NCBI GenBank assembly: GCA_000004695.1
Contig: CM000153.2
Location: forward strand, 512,001 to 576,000
From: Dictyostelium discoideum
Lineage: Eukaryota
Direction: 5' to 3'
Length of the DNA stretch: 64,000 nucleotides
The notes beneath the pieces are model-generated. The model saw nothing but the letters and a program-made list of their open reading frames with translations, was not told where the DNA came from and searched no databases. Position 1 is the first letter of the stretch. Each line of letters opens with the position of its first letter. Both the position numbers and the translations under genes were made by a program. Shown here one piece after another: positions 18,684 to 32,817 of this stretch.

Positions 18684-19953
18684 ATGTCATGGTTGAATAA
18701 TCCTTCTCAAAATTTTGTTGATCCTTTTGTAAGTATTATTATTATTATCTTTAATTTTTATTTTTTATATTTTTTTTATTTCTATAATAATAATAAATTG
18801 ATTGCTGACCCAAATATATTTAATAAATAAATTTATAAAAAAATAAAAATATAAATATAAATATATATAGATTAGGATTAAATGTATTTTAGGTGATGAT
18901 ATAAGAATTATTAAATTTAATTCAAATATATCATATGGAGGATTAATGAATCAATTGGAACAAGATTTTCAATGTCCAATTTCTATTCATCAATATGAGG
19001 ATTACGAAGGTGATAAAGTAACAGTAAAGAGTAAAGATGATATAATGGAAGCATTGACAATGTATTTTGAATTAAAGGCATTAAATCCAACTAAAATTAT
19101 CTCAACTAAATTCTTTTTAAAACAGTTACCACCACAATCACAGCCACTCTCTTCATCATTATCCCCAACTCAATCATTAATACTTAATAATAACAATAAT
19201 AATAGTAATAATAATTTAATGAATATGAATATGAATATGAATTTGAATATGAATAGTAATAATAGTAGTGGTAGCAGTAGTAGTAATAATATAGTTATAC
19301 CTCAACAACAGGGTAACAGAAAAGGGTCAAATGCACCTCCACTCAGAACTCCACCTCCATCACCTCCTTCATCCTCTCCAAAAAATTCACCACCATTTTT
19401 AGGCAATAACAGTAATACTTCAATAAATATTTTAGATTTCTATTCATTAAATGGAAGTAATAATAATAGTGGTGGTACAGGTAGTAATAATAATGGTATT
19501 GGATCATCATCAAGAGAAATTACACCACCACTTCGTACACCACCAGGTTCACCTAGATTCGCTTTGAATAATAGTAATAGTAATAGTAATAGTAGTGTAA
19601 ACAACATACCAACTAATAATAACAACAATAATCATCATCATATTATTCATCAATTAAATTTAAATTCACCATCACCACCACCACCCCTTCGTACTCCTCC
19701 ACCATCACCACCTTCTTCATCACCACCTTCTTCATCACCACAATCATCATTTATTTTCGAGCAAACAGATTTCCATTTTGAAGAATTATCAAAAAATAAT
19801 TCACCAAAAAATTCAAACTTTTTAAATACTATTGATCAACCTCATCAAATTTATCAACCACATCAACCTCACTATCAACAACAGCAACAGCAACAACAAA
19901 TGTATAATTTTAATCAACCATTATCACCTTCTCCACCACTTCAATCACAACAA

Positions 19954-19998
<45 letters not shown>

Positions 19999-20160
19999 CC
20001 ACAACAACAACAACAGCAACAACAACAGCAACAACAACAGCAACAACAACAGCAACAGCAACAATTTAATAATAGTTTTGAAAATGGGGGAATTAAGTTA
20101 CCTAGACCATTATCACCAACATTTTTAAATATTAATAATAATATCATCAATAGTAATTTA

Positions 20161-20210
<50 letters not shown>

Positions 20211-22789
20211 TAACAATAATAATAATAATAATATAATTCAGCATACAGATTTCCCATCATTAATTATTAATGAACATGAAGAATTAATATCTAATCATAA
20301 TATAAAATGGCAAAAAGGACAAATTTTAGGAAGAGGTGGATATGGTTCAGTATATTTAGGTTTAAATAAGGATACAGGTGAATTATTTGCTGTTAAACAA
20401 TTAGAAATCGTTGATATTAATAGTGATCCAAAATTAAAAAATGTAAATTTTAAATTAATATATATATTTATATATTTCATTAAAGTTACTAATATATATA
20501 TATATATATTTATATAGATGATTTTATCATTTAGTAAAGAAATAGAAGTGATGAGATCATTAAGACATGATAATATAGTTAGATATTTAGGAACATCATT
20601 AGATCAATCATTTTTAAGTGTATTTTTGGAATATATTCCAGGTGGATCAATTTCATCATTGTTGGGAAAATTTGGTGCATTCTCTGAAAATGTTATTAAA
20701 GTTTATACAAAACAAATCCTTCAAGGTTTATCATTTTTACATGCAAATTCAATTATTCATCGTGATATTAAGGTTTGTTTCCTTTTTTTATATATTATAT
20801 TATATATTTTATATATATTTTATATATTTAGTATTAATATTAAAATTATTATTTTAGGGTGCAAATATATTAATTGATACAAAAGGTATTGTAAAATTAT
20901 CAGATTTTGGATGTAGTAAATCATTTTCAGGTATTGTTTCACAATTTAAAAGCATGCAAGGAACGCCATATTGGATGGCACCAGAGGTTATTAAACAAAC
21001 AGGACATGGTAGATCATCGGATATTTGGTCATTAGGATGTGTGATTGTAGAGATGGCAACAGCACAACCACCATGGTCAAATATTACAGAGTTGGCAGCT
21101 GTTATGTACCATATTGCATCATCGAATTCAATACCAAATATACCATCACATATGTCACAAGAAGCATTCGATTTTTTAAATCTTTGTTTTAAACGTGATC
21201 CAAAGGAAAGACCAGATGCAAATCAACTTTTAAAACATCCATTCATTATGAATTTAGATGATAATATTCAATTACCAACTATTTCACCAACAACAACACT
21301 TTCAACAAATACGACAAATACGACAGCAACAACAACAACAACAAATAATGCGACAAATTCAAATATAAATCAACAACAACAACAACAACAACAACAACCA
21401 CCAACTAGAACACAAAGAGTATCAATAAGCGCAGGTAGTAGTAATAATAAAAGATATACACCACCAATTTCAACATCAACTTCATCATCATCATCATCAA
21501 TTTTAAATAATTTTTCAATTAATATAATATTACCCATTAATTTGATAATATTAATATTTAGAGAGATTAAACCAAATTTTGTGAATACTTTATCAAGAGT
21601 ATGTAAACATTGGAAACAAATCATTGATGATGATGAACTTTGGAATAAATATTGTAGCGATAGATTAATTAATAAATCAAAGTTTGAAGAATCAATAACA
21701 TGGAAATCAAATTATATTAAAATTTATAAACAACAAAAAGTTTGGTTTCATAATAAACTTAATCATTCAACTTTAAAAGGTCATGATAAAGGCGTATTTT
21801 GTGTAAAATTAATCGATGATCAAGGTATGGTACTAAGTGGTGGTGAAGATAAAAAACTTAAAGTTTGGGATATAAGTGGAAATCATCATCATAATCATCA
21901 TAGTGGAATTGTTGGTAGTATTTCAAAAAAGAGTGGTTTAAATATAATTAATAATAATAATAGTAATAATAGTAATAGTAGTAGTAATAGTAGTAGTAGT
22001 AATAGTAGATATTTATTTTCATTAAAAGGTCATAGTGGATGTATAAAATCAGTTGATTATCAACGTCAATCTGGATCAGATGTTTCAAGAGTTTTTACAG
22101 CAAGTGCTGATTTTACTTGTAAAATATTTTCATTAAAAACAAAGAAAACCTTATTCACATATACAAATCATCAAGAGGCTGTAACTTGTATTAATTATTT
22201 AGGAGATGTTGAGAATAAGTGTATTACATCATCACTGGATAAAACTATTCAATTGTGGGATGCTGAAACCGGCTCGTGTTTATCGACTTTGAGGGGCCAC
22301 ACTGGTGGTATTTATTGTGTTAAAACTGACCAAGTCGCAACACATGGTAATGGGTATAACCATTTGGTGGTTAGTGCGAGTGTTGATAAAACATCAAATG
22401 TTTGGGACACAAGAAGTTCTTCAAAGGTTAGAAGTTTCACTCAACATACTGAAGATGTGTTATGCTGTTATGTTTTCGATCAAAAAGTTGTCACTGGTTC
22501 ATGTGATGGTACTATTAAACTTTGGGATATCGGTACGGGTAAAACTATCTCAACTTTTATTCCGAGTGAAACTCGTCAAAAAAATTATGTTTGGACTGTT
22601 CAATTTGATCAATCTAAAATTATCTCTTCTGGAAAAACTGGAATCATTAGAATTTGGGATATTTACAACGAACGTGATTCAAGATCAATTGGTGGTCATC
22701 ATGAAACTATTTTCTCTTTACAATTTAATAATCAAAAATTAATTACAGGTTCTTTAGATAAACTTGTAAAAATTTGGAGTATTGATTAA
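18684..22789 (+). CDS. mkkA: MEK-kinase (MAP3K) with an N-terminal PB1 domain, a central kinase domain and C-terminal F-box + WD40 repeats. This architecture fits Dictyostelium MEKK-alpha. Four exons approx. join(18684..18728, 18871..20442, 20518..20772, 20858..22789).
   Basis: Mini-exon 1 encodes MSWLNNPSQNFVDPF, followed by a GTAAGT donor. Exon 2 begins IRIKCILGDDIRIIKFNSNISYGGLMNQLEQDFQ...VTVKSKDDIMEALTMY, a PB1 fold. The kinase subdomains are split over exons 2-4: GRGGYGSVYLG...AVKQL | ...EIEVMRSLRHDNIVRYLG...HRDIK | GANILID...DFGCSK...GTPYWMAPE. Downstream come an F-box (LPINLIILIFREIKPNFVNTLSRVCKHWKQII) and at least 6 WD40-like repeats (LKGH...VWD). The mkkA assignment rests on domain architecture only. 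Confidence 0.6.
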
Positions 22790-22793
22790 GAAG

Positions 22794-22826
<33 letters not shown>

Positions 22827-24897
22827 AAAAAAAAAAAAAAATAAATAAATAAATAAATAAAAAATTTAAAGTAAAATTAAAAAATTAATTGGTCAAAAAA
22901 AAAAAAAAAAAAAAGTTTTATACTGGTAAGAAAAAAAAAAAAAATAATTACTTTACAATTAATTAAAAAATTTGTAGAATTGCATATTCGAAAAGAATAA
23001 AATTTTTTTTTTTTTTTTATAATCTCATAATGAGATTTAAATAAGATTTTTAATAAATATCAAAATTTTAAAAAAAAAAAAATATTCAAAAAAAATTATT
23101 TTTAGATTTATAAAAATGAAGTGGATTTTTTCTTTTTTTTTTTTTTTTTTCTTTCAAAAATTTCCTTTTTTTAATTTTACTAAAAAACCATCATATAAAC
23201 CTTTTTTTCAATTTTTTGTTTTTTTTTTTTTTTTCTTTTTAAAAGAAAAAGGTAATGGTGTCAAAACTAAGTAAATAGTCTTTTTACTACACTGGTTAAA
23301 AAAGTAAAAAAAATATTTTTTAAAGAATTAAAAAAAAAAAAAAAAAACAAAGATTTAAAAAAATGATAAGGAAAAAAAAAAAAATAATAATAATAAAATT
23401 AAAAAAAAAAAAAAAATATCAAAAATATCAAAATTAAAAATAATTAAAAAATGATAACCTTGTTTGAACAACAACATAAAAAAACAATATGTAGCCATCC
23501 AAAATAAAAGCAACATGTTATGTTACACACAATTTGGTGTTAACACAATCTCATCACCCCAAAATATAAAAATTTTTATTTATCGATAATAAAGTTTGAA
23601 GAAAAAAAATCACAAATTCCCCAAAAACACCACACATTTACACTTTGGTTCTATCATATATTTTTTTTTTATTTTTGACAATGTATTCTTAAGGATAGAA
23701 GAAATATTTCTTTTTTGTATCTTACATTGATACTAACTTTAGTTTTTTGTGTAAAAAAAAAAAATAAAAAAAAAAAAAAAAAAATAAATAAAAATTTAAT
23801 CATTTATTTTTATTTTAATTTTATTTCATTTTATTTTTTTATTTTTAATTATTTTTAATTTTTTTTAATTCTTTTTTTTAATGAAAAATATTATAATGGT
23901 GACATCTTACAATTACTCGAAATCTCAATTTTTTTTTTTTTGTTTTTATTTTAAAACCATAATTATGAAAAATCTGGTCCTGATTTTTTTTTTTTTATTT
24001 TGTAAATTTGGAAAGTTATATGTGTAAATTTTTTAAATAATATGATCAAAAATATTTATTATTATTTTTTTTTTTTTTATTTTATTTTTTTTTTTTTTTT
24101 TTTTTACTTTTTTTTTTTTTTGTTACTTTATTTTTTTTTTTTTTTTTACCACAAAATAAAAGTAAAAAAAGATCATTTGAATAAAAAAAAAAATAAAAAA
24201 AAATAAAAATAAAAAAGATCAAATATAGTAATATCCAAATTAATCAAATATATTATTTTATTTGACACTTTATGATTTATTATAAATTTATAGAAAATAA
24301 ATAAACATATCTTTTTTTATTTTATGGTAGGTTTATAATAAAAAATAAAAAATAATTAAAAATTTAATATTTTACTTTAATCAAAAAAATATTTTTTTAA
24401 GAGAATTTATAAAATGTCAATCATACCCCACCACTACCACTACCAAAAATAAATTAAAAATAGTAAAACCTATTGAACTTTGAAAAAATTAAAAATAGAA
24501 AAAAAAAAAAAAAAATAATTTAAAAAAAAAAAAATATATAAAAATAAAAAAAAAAAAACATTGGAATGAGAATGCTTGTTCAAATAACTATATATAATAT
24601 TTTTTGGAAAAAAAAAAAAATAAAAATAATAATAATAATAATAATAAAAAATAAATAAAATAATAAAAATAATAAAAATAATAAAAATAATAATAATAAT
24701 AATAATAATAAAATATTGATGTTTGGTTAAAGGGGTTAGTTGAGTGGGATTATTTTTTGTGTGTTTCATTTGCACAATCTTCGTTTTTCAAAAATAAAAC
24801 ATATCCAAAAATCATTCACCTTATGTAACCACATTCCAATAAAAAATATACTTTTATATTTTGTATATTTTTCAAAATAAAAAATAATAATAACACA

Positions 24898-24933
<36 letters not shown>

Positions 24934-25304
24934 ATAATAATAATAATTAATATTAGTATTATTATAAAAAATATTTTATTTAACATAATAATCCGTAAAA
25001 TAACCACACTCAAACATTTTTATGCATAGGGGTTAATTAATTTTTTTTTTTTTTTTTTTTCGAATTAAAAATCCTTTTTTAAATTTTTTTTTTTTTTTTT
25101 TTTTAAATGGTGGGGTGCCCAAAAAAACCAGATTAATTTTTGATTAAAAAAAAAAAAAAAAACCTTAAAATTTGTGATTGTGGTTCCACCTAAAAATAAT
25201 TTATTTTATAGAAGGGGGGGGGTTTTTTTTTTTTTTATTTTATTTTTATTTTATTTTATTATTTTTTTTATACTTAACAATATTATTATTTTTTTTTTTT
25301 TTTT

Positions 25305-25339
<35 letters not shown>

Positions 25340-25828
25340 GTGCATTGATTAATAATTGTAATAATAGACTTAATACCACTACCTTAAAATATAAATAAAG
25401 AAAATAATAAAATTAAAAAAAAATAATTACCATAACAATAAGATATTTTACAATTATAGTTTTGGAATTTTATATTAATTTTAGAATTTATAAACAAAAT
25501 TAATTTAAAAACAAAAAAAACCTTTTAAAATTGTTAAATAAAAAGAATAAAAAGAATAAAAAAATTAAATAAAAAAAAAAAATTAAAAAATTGAAAAATT
25601 CTAATTCCACCCATTTTTTTTTTTTTCCAAACCATTTTTTTCAAAAAATTTGGAAATTAAATTATTTAGTAATTAGTATTGGGCCGATTAAAGATTAAAA
25701 ATAAAATTTTTTCCCAAAATAGTAATTGGAAGTTCACCTTTATAAAAATAAAATTTATTTGGGAAATAAAAAATAATTAAAATTGGGTTTAAAATAATAA
25801 AATATTATTATATGTCCCAAAAAAATTT

Positions 25829-25859
<31 letters not shown>

Positions 25860-25867
25860 AAAGGCTT

Positions 25868-25967
25868 NNNNNNNNNNNNNNNNNNNNNNNNNNNNNNNNN
25901 NNNNNNNNNNNNNNNNNNNNNNNNNNNNNNNNNNNNNNNNNNNNNNNNNNNNNNNNNNNNNNNNNNN
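25868..25967. other. Assembly gap (100 N) inside a ~5 kb gene-poor, poly(A)/poly(T)-rich region (22790..27789)
   Basis: A run of n in the sequence. The flanks contain odd G-runs (agaaggggggggg at ~25190 and ggggaagaagaagggggaaaaaaa at ~25980), suggestive of low-quality read ends. Confidence 0.95.
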
Positions 25968-26572
25968 AAAAAAAAAAAAGGGGAAGAAGAAGGGGGAAAA
26001 AAATAATTATATATACATTCATATTTATATATATATATAATTTTTATAAATATATATATAAATAAATATAATAAATAAAATATATTTATATTTAATTAAA
26101 CAAAAAAACACCCACTATTCCAAAATAAAACAAGTATATCAAATACAAAAGATATCCAATTAAAATACCTCAAACACACCGCTACAAATTAAAAAAAAAA
26201 AAAAAAAAAAAGAAAAAAAACTCCACTTCACAAAAAGTAAAAAAAAAATGGATGTTAATGTTTTATATAAATCTATATTAATTTTTTCAACACACACTCA
26301 CTCTTTCTCTCTCTCTCCTTTAACTCACACTTATATTTGAATTAATTTAATTATTTAATCTTTTTTTTTTTTTTTTTTAAATTTAATTTTTTTTTTTTTT
26401 TAATTATTTTTTTTTTTAATTTATATCATTCACCTTTTTTTTTTTTATTTATGTATTTAATTTTTTTTTTTTTAATTTATATCATTCATCATTTTTAATT
26501 TTCTTTATGTTTTGATTATCAACCCCAAAAAAACAACCACAAACAGTATTCTTTTATAAAATTTTTTTAAAA

Positions 26573-26608
<36 letters not shown>

Positions 26609-26914
26609 ATAAATTTAAATCAAAATAAAATTTTTTTTAAAATCTCTGATTTAAATTGGATAAATCTTAAATTTCAATAAATATAACTTAAAAAAATTTA
26701 TAAACATAATTTTATATGTAAATATTTTATTTCATAATTTTATATTCATATAAAGATATTATTTATCTATAATTTTGTTTTTTTTGTAAAATATAAAATA
26801 CAAACCACAAAAATCTGTAAGATAATTTAATTTTGGAACAACAAAAACATAGTTTATGGTTATAGTAATAATAATACTAATAATGTTTAAAAAATAAAAT
26901 AAACAAAAAAATAA

Positions 26915-26947
<33 letters not shown>

Positions 26948-27247
26948 AAATGTTTTCACACACACCACACTCTCAATAACCACACTTTCTTTATTTATAT
27001 ACATTATCATCAATACCAAAAGAATCATTAAAAAAATTAATTTGTAAATCATTAATATAAATTTGGTTTTTTTTTTTTTTTTTTTTTTATTTATTATTTT
27101 AAAATATAATTTTTTTTTTTTTTTTTTTTTTTATATATTATTTTTTTTAAAAATTTTTTAAATTTTTTTTTTTTTTTTTTTCCCCAAATAAATTTTTTTT
27201 TTTTTTTACCCATTTTAATTTAAAATTTTTTTTTTTTTAAAATACCA

Positions 27248-27284
<37 letters not shown>

Positions 27285-27537
27285 TAAACAATATTTTTTT
27301 TTTTTTTGATTGAGTAAAATAGAAAAAAAAAAAAAAAAAAAAAAAAATGTGTGTGTTGGTGATTATTTATTTTATTTTTTTAATCTTATTTTAATTTAAC
27401 CATTTATCTATTTTTTTTTTCTTACCAATCAAATCACATTATACAAAAAAAAAATATATATATATTCAAAATACTAATTTATTTTTCTTATTCAATAAAA
27501 AAAAAAAAAAAAAAATAATAGAATACAATTGGAAAAA

Positions 27538-27569
<32 letters not shown>

Positions 27570-27634
27570 AAAAAAGAAAAAAAATTATAACTTGGAACAT
27601 TATTTATTAAAACAATTAAACAGAAAAAATTCTT

Positions 27635-27670
<36 letters not shown>

Positions 27671-27789
27671 TTAACCGGGTTTAAATTCAAAAAAAAAAAA
27701 AAAAAGAAAAAAAAAATAACCTTATTTATTTGTATTTATAGCAACAACGAACAAATTTTAAAATTTAATAATAATAAGCGTATTCTAAT

Positions 27790-27879
27790 GTGCTTATTAC
27801 GATACATATAACAAATTATATGAGTAACGCAAATAATAATAATTACAATCACAATAATAATAAAGAAACACAATCTGGA

Positions 27880-27932
<53 letters not shown>

Positions 27933-28535
27933 TAAAAATAATAATAATAATAATATCCAGAATGAAAATAATTTTAATTCACCAAACGATGGAGAAAATA
28001 TAAATAATAATATGAATAATTCACATAATAATAATCATAATACAAGTGATAGAATTAGTCAATATTCATCATCAGAACATAATATTAAAAAAGAACATAA
28101 TCGTAATGGTAGTAATACTTCAATAATTAGTGCAAGTAATTTTAATAATTTTATGGATGAAAATAGTACTGAAAACAATAGACTATCACAAAGACCTGCA
28201 CCAGCAATTTTAAATATTATTCAATCATTAATTAAAAATCCAACTGATGATGTAAATGGTAGTAAAAGAAATACTTTAGAAGGAATTGTAAAGAAATATC
28301 CATCATTTAAAAGTTTAGATGGTTCTTCTATAAGTCTAAGTCAATCACAATCATCAATGGACTCTTCACCATTAACCACATCAAATAGTAAATCACCAAA
28401 CCATCATCCACAACCATCACCAAATGTTTTATCAAGATCATCATGTGCTATCGATTCACCATCATTAAATTCAACTCAACTACAACCAAATACTACAACC
28501 ACTACTACAACTTCTTCATCATTAAATAAAAATAA

Positions 28536-28610
<75 letters not shown>

Positions 28611-31347
28611 AATTGATGAAGGTGGTTGTTCAAATGATAAATCACCAAGTTCATCATCATATCAAGTTAATAATAATAATAAACCAAAAAATAATATATC
28701 AAGATTAGAATTACCAACATCATTAAGATCTTCAAATAATGCAATGGACTCATCAGCTGCACCATCATCAAATACATCAAGACCACAATTTTCACAACCA
28801 CAATCAGAAGTACCATCATCATGTTCACCACCAGGTAATGGATTATTAAGAGGTGCAATTGAAGAAAAAGAAGAATCAACTGATAATTTTGAAAAGAATG
28901 ATAATATAATCAATGATGAAAATAATAATAATCAATCAACATCTGTAACTGTAAATATCTGTGAAAATCAATTAGAAAATAACAATAATAATATTAATTC
29001 ACCACCACAACAACAATCACCATCAACAGTAAATGATGGTGATGGTGGTGGTTGTGCAGCAGGTGATTCATTTGATACAACTGAATCTGATCATTCAATA
29101 AGTGGTAGAAGAATGACAAAAATGTTTTCAGATGCACCAATTAAAGAATACCAAGTAACAACTATTGAAGATCCACTCTATTCATTAACAACAACAACTG
29201 TAAATAATGTATCTATAAATGAAAATACACCATCATCACCATCAATTACACCAATTAAATTAAAACAACCAAAACCAGATGAAGATGAAGAATTATCAAT
29301 TAAAAATAAAAAACAAGCGTCAAGACAAACTGTACAATTGGAAATGGGCACTTTTGATCTTGATGGTAAACCAAATGAACAAATTGTTGGCTCAAATAGT
29401 AGTGATGAAACTTTTGAAGGTGTTGATGTCGTTGGAATTGATAGTGATAAAATTGTTGGTAGAGATAGAGCATTTTCATCGGCAATGAAAGAGAGTGAAG
29501 TTGTAATTGGTGAGCAAACAGTGAATGTTGATTTAACTCAAGAGGATATGGATAATATTAATTTCCAACCACCAAATACTGATCCACCACCACCACAGCC
29601 ATTGACATCAAAACAAATTTTAATTATTTTCTCTGGTCTTATGGTTAGTTTATTTTTATCATCTTTGGATATGACGATTGTTGCAACCGCTTTACCAGCC
29701 ATCGTTGCAGATTTACATGGTTTAGAGCAATTGCCATGGGTAGTTACCATTTATTTATTAACCTCAACATCGGTTTCACCATTGTTTGGAAAGTTTTCCG
29801 ATATATTTGGTAAGAAGATTCTATTGTTATCATCATTGATTATATTTTTAATTGGTTCATTGTTATGTGCTGTAGCTACCACAATGAATATGTTAATTTT
29901 GGCACGTGCTATACAAGGTATTGGAGGCGGTGGTTTAATGTCTGCAGTTATGATCGTTATGGCTGAAATTGTACCATTAAGAGACAGAGGTAAGTATCAA
30001 GGTTTATTGGGTGCAGTTTATGCTGTTTCATCGGTTGTTGGTCCATTAATGGGTGGAACATTCACAGATAATATTACATGGAGGTGGGCATTCTGGATTA
30101 ATTTACCATTGGGTGCTGTTGCATTTGTAGTTGTATTCTTTGCATTGAAAATTCCACAAAAAGTAATTCCATGGAGAGAAGGTATTAAAAAAGTTGACGT
30201 TCTTGGTTCATTAAGTTTGGTTGCTGCAACCATTTCTTTCCTTTTAGCTTTGAATTGGGGTGGTATCGATTATCCTTGGACTTCACCAATCATCATTTGT
30301 CTATTCATTGGTACTGCTTTATTCGTGGCTCTATTCATCGTTAATGAAAAGTATTGGTTCAATGTTCATCCAATCATTCCATTGGATCTATTTAAAACTC
30401 GTAATTATGTATTGTGTAGTATCGGTTCATTCTTATTGGGTTTCGTTATGTTTGGTGTAATTTACTATATTCCATTATATTTCCAATATGTTAGAGGTGC
30501 CACTGCAACTGCTTCAGGTTTACAATTGTTACCAACAATGTTGGGTATAGTATTGTTTGGTGCTATCTCTGGTTTATTAATTACAAGATTTGGTCATTAT
30601 AAATCTTATCCAATCATTGGTATGGGTTTTATGATGATTGGTATTTATTTAATCTCACTTTGGAATCATCAATCCACTCAAAATGAATTCATTGGCTATC
30701 AATGTTTCATTGGTGTTGGTATTGGTCTAACAATGCAAATCTTGGTATTAATCGTACAAAATAGTGTAAATGTAATCTATATCTCAATTTCAACTGCAAC
30801 CGTAAGTTTCTTTAGAACCATTGGCGGTGTAGTATCAGTTAGTGTTTTCAGTGCAATTTTAAATCAACAATTCTCTCAAAATCTTAATGGCCTCTTGGAA
30901 AAGGATGCATTTGTATTGGGTGGTATGTCTCCACATAACTTTAATATGGAAAATATTAAACATATTGAAAATCCAATTCATCAACAACAAATTCGTGATG
31001 CATACCAATCTGCTCTCTCAATTGTATTTTTATCGGCTGCACCTTTTGCTGGATTAGGTTGTATTTTAATTCTATTTGTAAAAAATCAAAAACTTAGAAC
31101 TACAATGATCACTCAAAAAGATAAAGATCAAGAAATTTTAAAAAAGAATTTGGAAAAACTTCAAAAAGAATTGCACAACGATGATTCTATTGATATTAAT
31201 GAAGAATATGATGAAAATGAAAATAATGAAAATAATGAAAGAAGTGATGTTAATATAAACGAGATTGAAAATAATAATAATAATACTAATAATGATATTG
31301 AACTTGATATTCAAACTCCACCAAGAAAATCAACAATAAGTACTTAA
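27790..31347 (+). CDS. Major facilitator superfamily transporter (DHA2-like drug:H+ antiporter type, ~14 TM) with a ~600-aa N/S/T-rich disordered N-terminal extension
   Basis: ORF of 1185 aa. The C-terminal half ...LMVSLFLSSLDMTIVATALPAIVADLHGLEQLPWVVTIYLLTSTSVSPLFGKFSDIFGKK...ARAIQGIGGGGLMSAVMIVMAEIVPLRDRGKYQGLLGAVYAVSSVVGPLMGGTFTD..WRWAFWINLPLG carries canonical MFS/DHA2 motifs. The true start could be the second ATG (MSNANNN, ~27820). Confidence 0.7.
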
Positions 31348-31683
31348 AAATAAATATATTATAATAATAATAATAATAATAATTTAAAAAAAAATATTAT
31401 AAATAATATTAAATAATAAAATGAATAAAAAAAAAAAATAAACAAAAAAAAAAAAAAAAACAAAATTATACAAATAAAAAAAAAAAAAAATAACTGATCA
31501 TCAGTAAAATATGTTTAGAAAAAAAAAAAAAAATTTTAACCAAGAAATAAATTTAAAAAAATATTCCATTTATCTCTCTTTATTTTTATATATTTGATAA
31601 TTTTCTATTCATTTTTTTTTTTTTTTTCATTTATTTTATTTTTTTTATTTTATTTTTTTTATTTTATTTTATAAACAATATTT

Positions 31684-32750
31684 TTAATTTAAAAAGGATG
31701 GATATAAATAAATTACTACACGACGAATACCCTCTAAAAATGATTTCCAATTATGAACAACACGATCACGATGTCTTAATGAATGAATACCTAATTGTTC
31801 TGGTGAAAATAATTCAATTAAGAAATAAAAGAAAGGATTAACTTCATCCATTACCATTTCCATTCTTTTCAATGGTTCAATTACTTTTTCAACGATATCT
31901 TCAAATAAATTTCTAAACTCTTTACTATCTGAAAGATTTGAACCAATAACTAAAATTCCTTTTAATATTGACCTAAATTTTAATTCTAAATTCTTTAATT
32001 TCTCTTGTGTTAAAATACTATTCATAGTAGCTGTAATTGGTATTAAACCACTATTAACAGTTGATGTTATATTTGGTGTATTATTTGTATTTGTTGATGT
32101 ATTTGATTGTTGTGGTTGTTGTTGTTGTTGCTGTTGCTGTTGTGGTTGTTGTTGTGGTTGTTGATACATTATCGGTATAAAACTTGAAGATGTATTCATT
32201 GTTGAATTTAATGCTGGTGTATTTGATGTTGAATTATTAAGTGATGTTGAACCTGTATTTGTTGATGTAGTTTGTTGTTGTTGTTGTGGTTGTGTTTGTG
32301 TTTGTGCTTGTTGTTGTGTTTGCTGTGACGGTAGTTGTTGCTGTTGCAGAGTTTGCTGTGACAGTGGTTGTTGTAAATTTAAAATTGTTGGAGTATTTGT
32401 TGGAGTAATAGGTACTGGTGTAATTCTTGGTGATATTGATACAGTTTGATATCTACTTTTAATTAATTTCCAATACTTTTCAGAAATATCTTTTTGACTA
32501 CCTAAATAAGTTTTTAAATCTCTAACATCTTCTTTTAATTTAGTATCTAATTCCAATGTATATGCAACCAATGGATCACCCCATTGACTCATTACAATCT
32601 CTGATAATCTCATTAAATCAAATGTATTTAAAAATTGTATTTTCTTTTTTGATAAATCAATTCTATGAAAACATAAAAATAATAATTTAACATATTTTCT
32701 TTTTAATAAATAAATAAATTAGTAATTAATACTATTTTCAATACTATTTT

Positions 32751-32817
<67 letters not shown>

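Noticed and set aside
20518-20877. ORFs 20518..20877 and 20954..22789 as separate genes
   Set aside because: They are kinase subdomains VI-XI plus the F-box/WD40 region of the same MEKK gene, split by two short introns.
25812-26006. ORFs with runs of X spanning the N gaps (25812..26006, 34639..34896)
   Set aside because: They are translations across assembly gaps and are meaningless.
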